A stretch of 64,000 bases of DNA from Klebsormidium nitens (lineage: Eukaryota > Plantae > Klebsormidiophyceae). The translations under genes were made by a program, and so were the position numbers. The stretch covers positions 287,291-351,290 of the forward strand of contig DF236976.1 in assembly GCA_000708835.1 (NCBI GenBank). Direction: 5' to 3'. Under the pieces are notes generated by a model, which saw nothing but the letters and a program-made list of their open reading frames with translations, had not been told where the DNA came from and did not search any database. Below are positions 59,816 to 64,000 of this stretch, in pieces. Position 1 is the first letter of the stretch, and each line of letters begins with the position of its first letter.

Positions 59816-62800
59816 CATATAAGTGTCCGGCATAGCAGACAGTCCTAATATCTGCCCGGGTTTGGGAGAGAAGCAGTTCGACGCTTGACGGTGGCCAGAA
59901 GTTGCGCAGCACTCTTAGTACCATCCGTGGAAGTTGCGAATACGTCATGGAACACTGCAAAGAGAACGCGACACTTCGGTCAAGGTTGATTACCAAAGGA
60001 AATCGGCACGCATACACCTTGTTCAACGCATACCCGATCGTCGACATCTAATTTGTTCGATCGACTCATGCATGCCGCTCATCGCTGAGGACCTATCATA
60101 TCCAATTTGAAATTCCATGATTCTTATGATGCATCTCATTGAGTTCATCGTGATGGGAATCAATCCGGTCGAGTCGGACTTTCGACGGCCATTGCGTGAG
60201 TCACCCTGTAAAGCGCGTACACGGGACAGCTACGGTGCAATTTGTCGCGGGGCAATATTCCGGCAGTCTACGCGGAAAATTGGCGCCTTCCGCGTACGAG
60301 ATTGTAATTAATACTGCGCCAAGTGCCGGCCAAGTCCCTGCCAAATAAAATCGTGCGCGGTGCAGTTTCGCCCCAAATTTGGTAGATATTCGCGGAGTTT
60401 TCGAGCACCTGTACGCCCCTACAAACCGTGCATCATTTTAACACTCGTGTAGTAATTATCGGATTGCGTACCGGACCGCGGCAGCTGAGTACAGGCAGTG
60501 GCCGGTTCAGAGTTCGCGGTGAAGTGACGCCCCGGTGATAGAGTCACCGGGCATCCAGTTAGCAGCATTGCATAGGCACCGACACCAGCCGGTGACTCTA
60601 TGAACATTGTACGATAGATCACCGGGGACTTTCCTTAATCTCGGCTTGAGCAGTCCCGGTCCAGCGCCACGGTCTATATACCATGCAGGTAGGCTCTGTG
60701 GGCCGAGGCACTACTACTGTACTAAGGACTGGAGGACTCCAGCCAACGTGAGCATTGTAAATGTATTGACACATCATGCAAAACTTTGAAATCCATGTCA
60801 CAGATGTCCTAGCGCTTGGCAATGCAAGAGACATGAGGGATATAGATCCATGCACCGATTGTAAGGAATCGTGCTACCGTACTATCGATACACGAAGTAT
60901 GTGATATTGCATGATTAGCATGCCAAGCACGCAGGCATTGTCTTCTCATTGATTCTCTGCTTTTTGGGCATGCATGGGCAGCATGGTGCAATGCAGATTC
61001 ACATTTGGAATCACTCAATCTATTGCACATGGTGCAATGATTGCGCGCATGAACTACAACATCATACAAGTGTCCCCGAAATCTTTGCTAGCTTTTATAC
61101 AACTAGAGCAGAGTTTGATTCATGTAAGGAGCTCCCTACACCATTTAGATTCTCAAATATGCCTCGATCAAAATCGGATCTAACAAAATCTAATAGAAGA
61201 CCTGATTGGCATTCAAATGCAGCAACCATCTCTATTGCATCTATCCTCCTGTTGTTCAGTAACCATCGACCGACCTACTTCACTGCTCAAAATTATTGCT
61301 TTCCTGACGCTCTTCCTAAGCGGCTCTTCTACAGCTCAGCAGGTCTCACCGTTTGTCTAGCTACTTCAATGCTTCCTGCCCCGTAAGCTGCAGGTTGTCC
61401 AGGGCAAGCATAGTCTGGCACTTGCAGCACCTTGCTGCCCATCCGCCACCTGCAACGTGAGGAGACGGGTTGCATAAGCTCTGGAGCACATTGATAGCCG
61501 ACCATTGCAACGACTCTGACTTTCAGGAAACCAGCCTTATACGGTTCCCCTCGCGTTCTGCCAACTCAACAAAGAATGCCTCGAAGTCCTGCCTCAAACC
61601 ATATGCAATGGCAGTAACACCCACAGCGGCAGCTCGATCGCAAGAAAGATACAGGATGACTCACTAGAAGACTGCAAGTCTTCAGAAGATCAGAACCTCC
61701 GTGTTCAAACAGCCTTCTGATTCAGATCCAATTTGGGGCATCATTGCGATGTCGCGTCCCTCATCAGCGCAACCGCATGCAGCATGGGGCAGAGAGTGAT
61801 CTTTTCTCCTAAGAGCACATTTGTGATGCTCTGTCGTCATGATATTGTATAACCGTTCTTTGAAGCTATTCGACGCTTTTGCTGCTCCCCCATCAAGGTT
61901 CGCCGCAGATCAGACATCAGAGCCTCCTATTCCAAAGGGATCAGTGTTGAGGTGAATTTGAGAAGAGTACTGGACAATGACTCGCAAAAGACAAAGCAGA
62001 CTGAGAAAGAGGCTGCCGAACTTCCTTAATGAACCTGCGTAATGCAGATCGCACCTGCTTCTTGACCATGCAGAATCACTGTCACGCAAGCCGCCTCTTC
62101 TCGAACTGCTTCACAATGCTGCTAGTCTCCACCAACTGAACACCTGCAAAAGTCAAACAAGTGTACATTGATGAAGCGCAACTGAGGACGCTGGGTCAAA
62201 GCAGGGCATGTGGCTTGTCAGCGCACAATTCTGCAAGTTCTGAATCTTGAATGCATTTCCAGACTCTTTGAAAGCCCACCCGGTCAAATTGAACTACTGT
62301 TCTTTAAGGTCAGGCCATCACAAGATGATAGAGCAACTCCCAAGCACTGAAATCTGAAGCATTGTTATTCAAGATCAGCCTATCACAAACTGATCGCACT
62401 TTCCAGCCTTCACATTCTAAAGTAAACGGAATCAGTCCCAGACTATCTCCTTTTCATGCATTTCAAGTCTCTTGCGAAGCAAATTGACAGCAATCCCAAG
62501 AACCAAATTATGCCAGGCATTAATGCTGAGTAGAAAGAGAAGAGGCCTCTAAAGAGAGGTCTGCAGCTGGCATTGGCGGCGTGGTCAAATGCTATTTTCA
62601 AACAGGCTCAAGGCGTCCGGACAAGACTATGCCATTTCAGTTGTTCAAGTCCTTACAAAGATTGCATTGCAGCCAGACAAAGTCAAGCATCGCTTTAGGG
62701 CTTTGTCCTAGCTGCAACTTTTCATCATTTCCAACATTTACTTTATTTCGATACACTACAGAGTTTCTGAAATCCCTGCGTCCTTCACTCACCGCTGACT

Positions 62801-64000
62801 GTCTGGCGGGCTAGGTATGTGATGATGCCACAAGAGGACCTTTATGTGCAGGTTTCGTTCATCACAACCCTGCTTTGTGATGAACGAATCCCGTCCCTAC
62901 CACCGGGTCGCTATCTCTCCGATCCTGGGCCATTGCAGTGGAACCCAATTCCAACATACAAACATAGCACCGCGCCTATGGGTGGCCTACCCTGTCACAT
63001 TTTCTTGCTTGCTTTGGCTCTCCGCCAGAGAAGCAATATCTTTCATTGGGCAAAGCTTTATGATGAACTGCGCCCCTGATAAGATGCCTGCTGCAGATGC
63101 CCCCTTGCCAAGCTTCCCTGGGCCATTCCTCAGCAGGCTTCTGGCGTTGCTTTGGCGATCACTAGCCCTTCTTCTCCTGGACACTGGACAGTGTCTTCCA
63201 AGCTGTGGCGCCGGCGGAGTCCTTGAGGCTTGAGTGTTGAAGAACTACCGTAGGTAGCCGCAGGCGAGCTTACAGGCAGACTGTAGCCAGTAGTACCACG
63301 CCGACAGGTACTAGGTACGACCTAGTGTCAATGCAACTCCAACTTGACTCGTGGGAGATTGATCGGACAAAAAATGGTGGAAGCACTTGAAGGACCATCT
63401 TCCATGGTGGCGCTCAGCGCCAGTGTATTGATCCACAGAAAGTTTTCAAAGATAGTGCATGCCTTCCTTAGCCATCCATGGTGCTGTTGCAGGAAGGACC
63501 ATCATGTATCTTGCCATGGCAGCCGTTGACACACATTCCCGCAAGGGCTACTTTCAGAGGCGTTTCCCTACAATCGTGCCAATTTATCGTAGCAAGCCCC
63601 AATTTCTCGCACGAGCTTCGTACGGGTGACTCACAAACCACGACCAAGCTGCAGCGCTTTCGGGGCAATATTTAGGTCTGAAAGTTGGAGTATGCTACGG
63701 CGCGCCCGCCGCAATTTGTTGACTGGCGCGATTCTGCGGCAAGGAAGTTTGCACCGTAACGGTCCCGTGTACCTATATGACCCGCAGGTCGAAGCAAAAC
63801 GAAGATCTAGCTTGCAAACTAGTGCATGGCGCTCTACGATTGACTTATAATCGGCGATGTGTACGCCAGCAGTGCGCGCATGCGCACAAACAGAAAGGGC
63901 CGGTGCCATTTTGCATCCGTGTGCGGAATGTATCATGTGCAGTCGCATGGGACTCATGATTACGCACGGGTGGTTGTTTCTGTACATGACAGCAGGCTCA

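Overview
This is eukaryotic, intron-rich nuclear DNA with GC-rich exons and GT-AG introns. Gene content and style suggest a streptophyte green alga such as Klebsormidium, which is an inference and not a database result. The ORF track is mostly noise because the genes are spliced, so I assembled exons by hand and checked that phases close. Eleven protein-coding genes were found, in order: exportin-4 (+, 5'-truncated), augmin subunit 2 (-), a thylakoid lumen 17.9 kDa-type protein (+), two tandem SDR110C/ABA2-like dehydrogenases (-), a LACS8/9-type acyl-CoA synthetase (+), plastid N-acetylglutamate kinase (-), LSM7 (+), a 9-exon bacterial AmiE-like aliphatic amidase (+), a long RING-H2 E3 ligase (-) and a GH20 beta-hexosaminidase (+). 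There is also one tRNA-Ser(GCT), a 492-bp MITE with perfect 16-bp TIRs and a 3-bp TSD, and an intronic fold-back element. Two signals stand out. (1) An intronised AmiE-type amidase that looks bacterial in origin and carries an extra Asn-Gly-repeat tail. (2) A recurrent 'junction echo' pattern: five introns in three genes contain degenerate tandem copies of the adjacent exon edge plus its splice site, some forming potential decoy or poison exons. One SDR paralog has a Gly-to-Glu change in its cofactor-binding motif. No CRISPR array, rRNA or intact transposase was seen.
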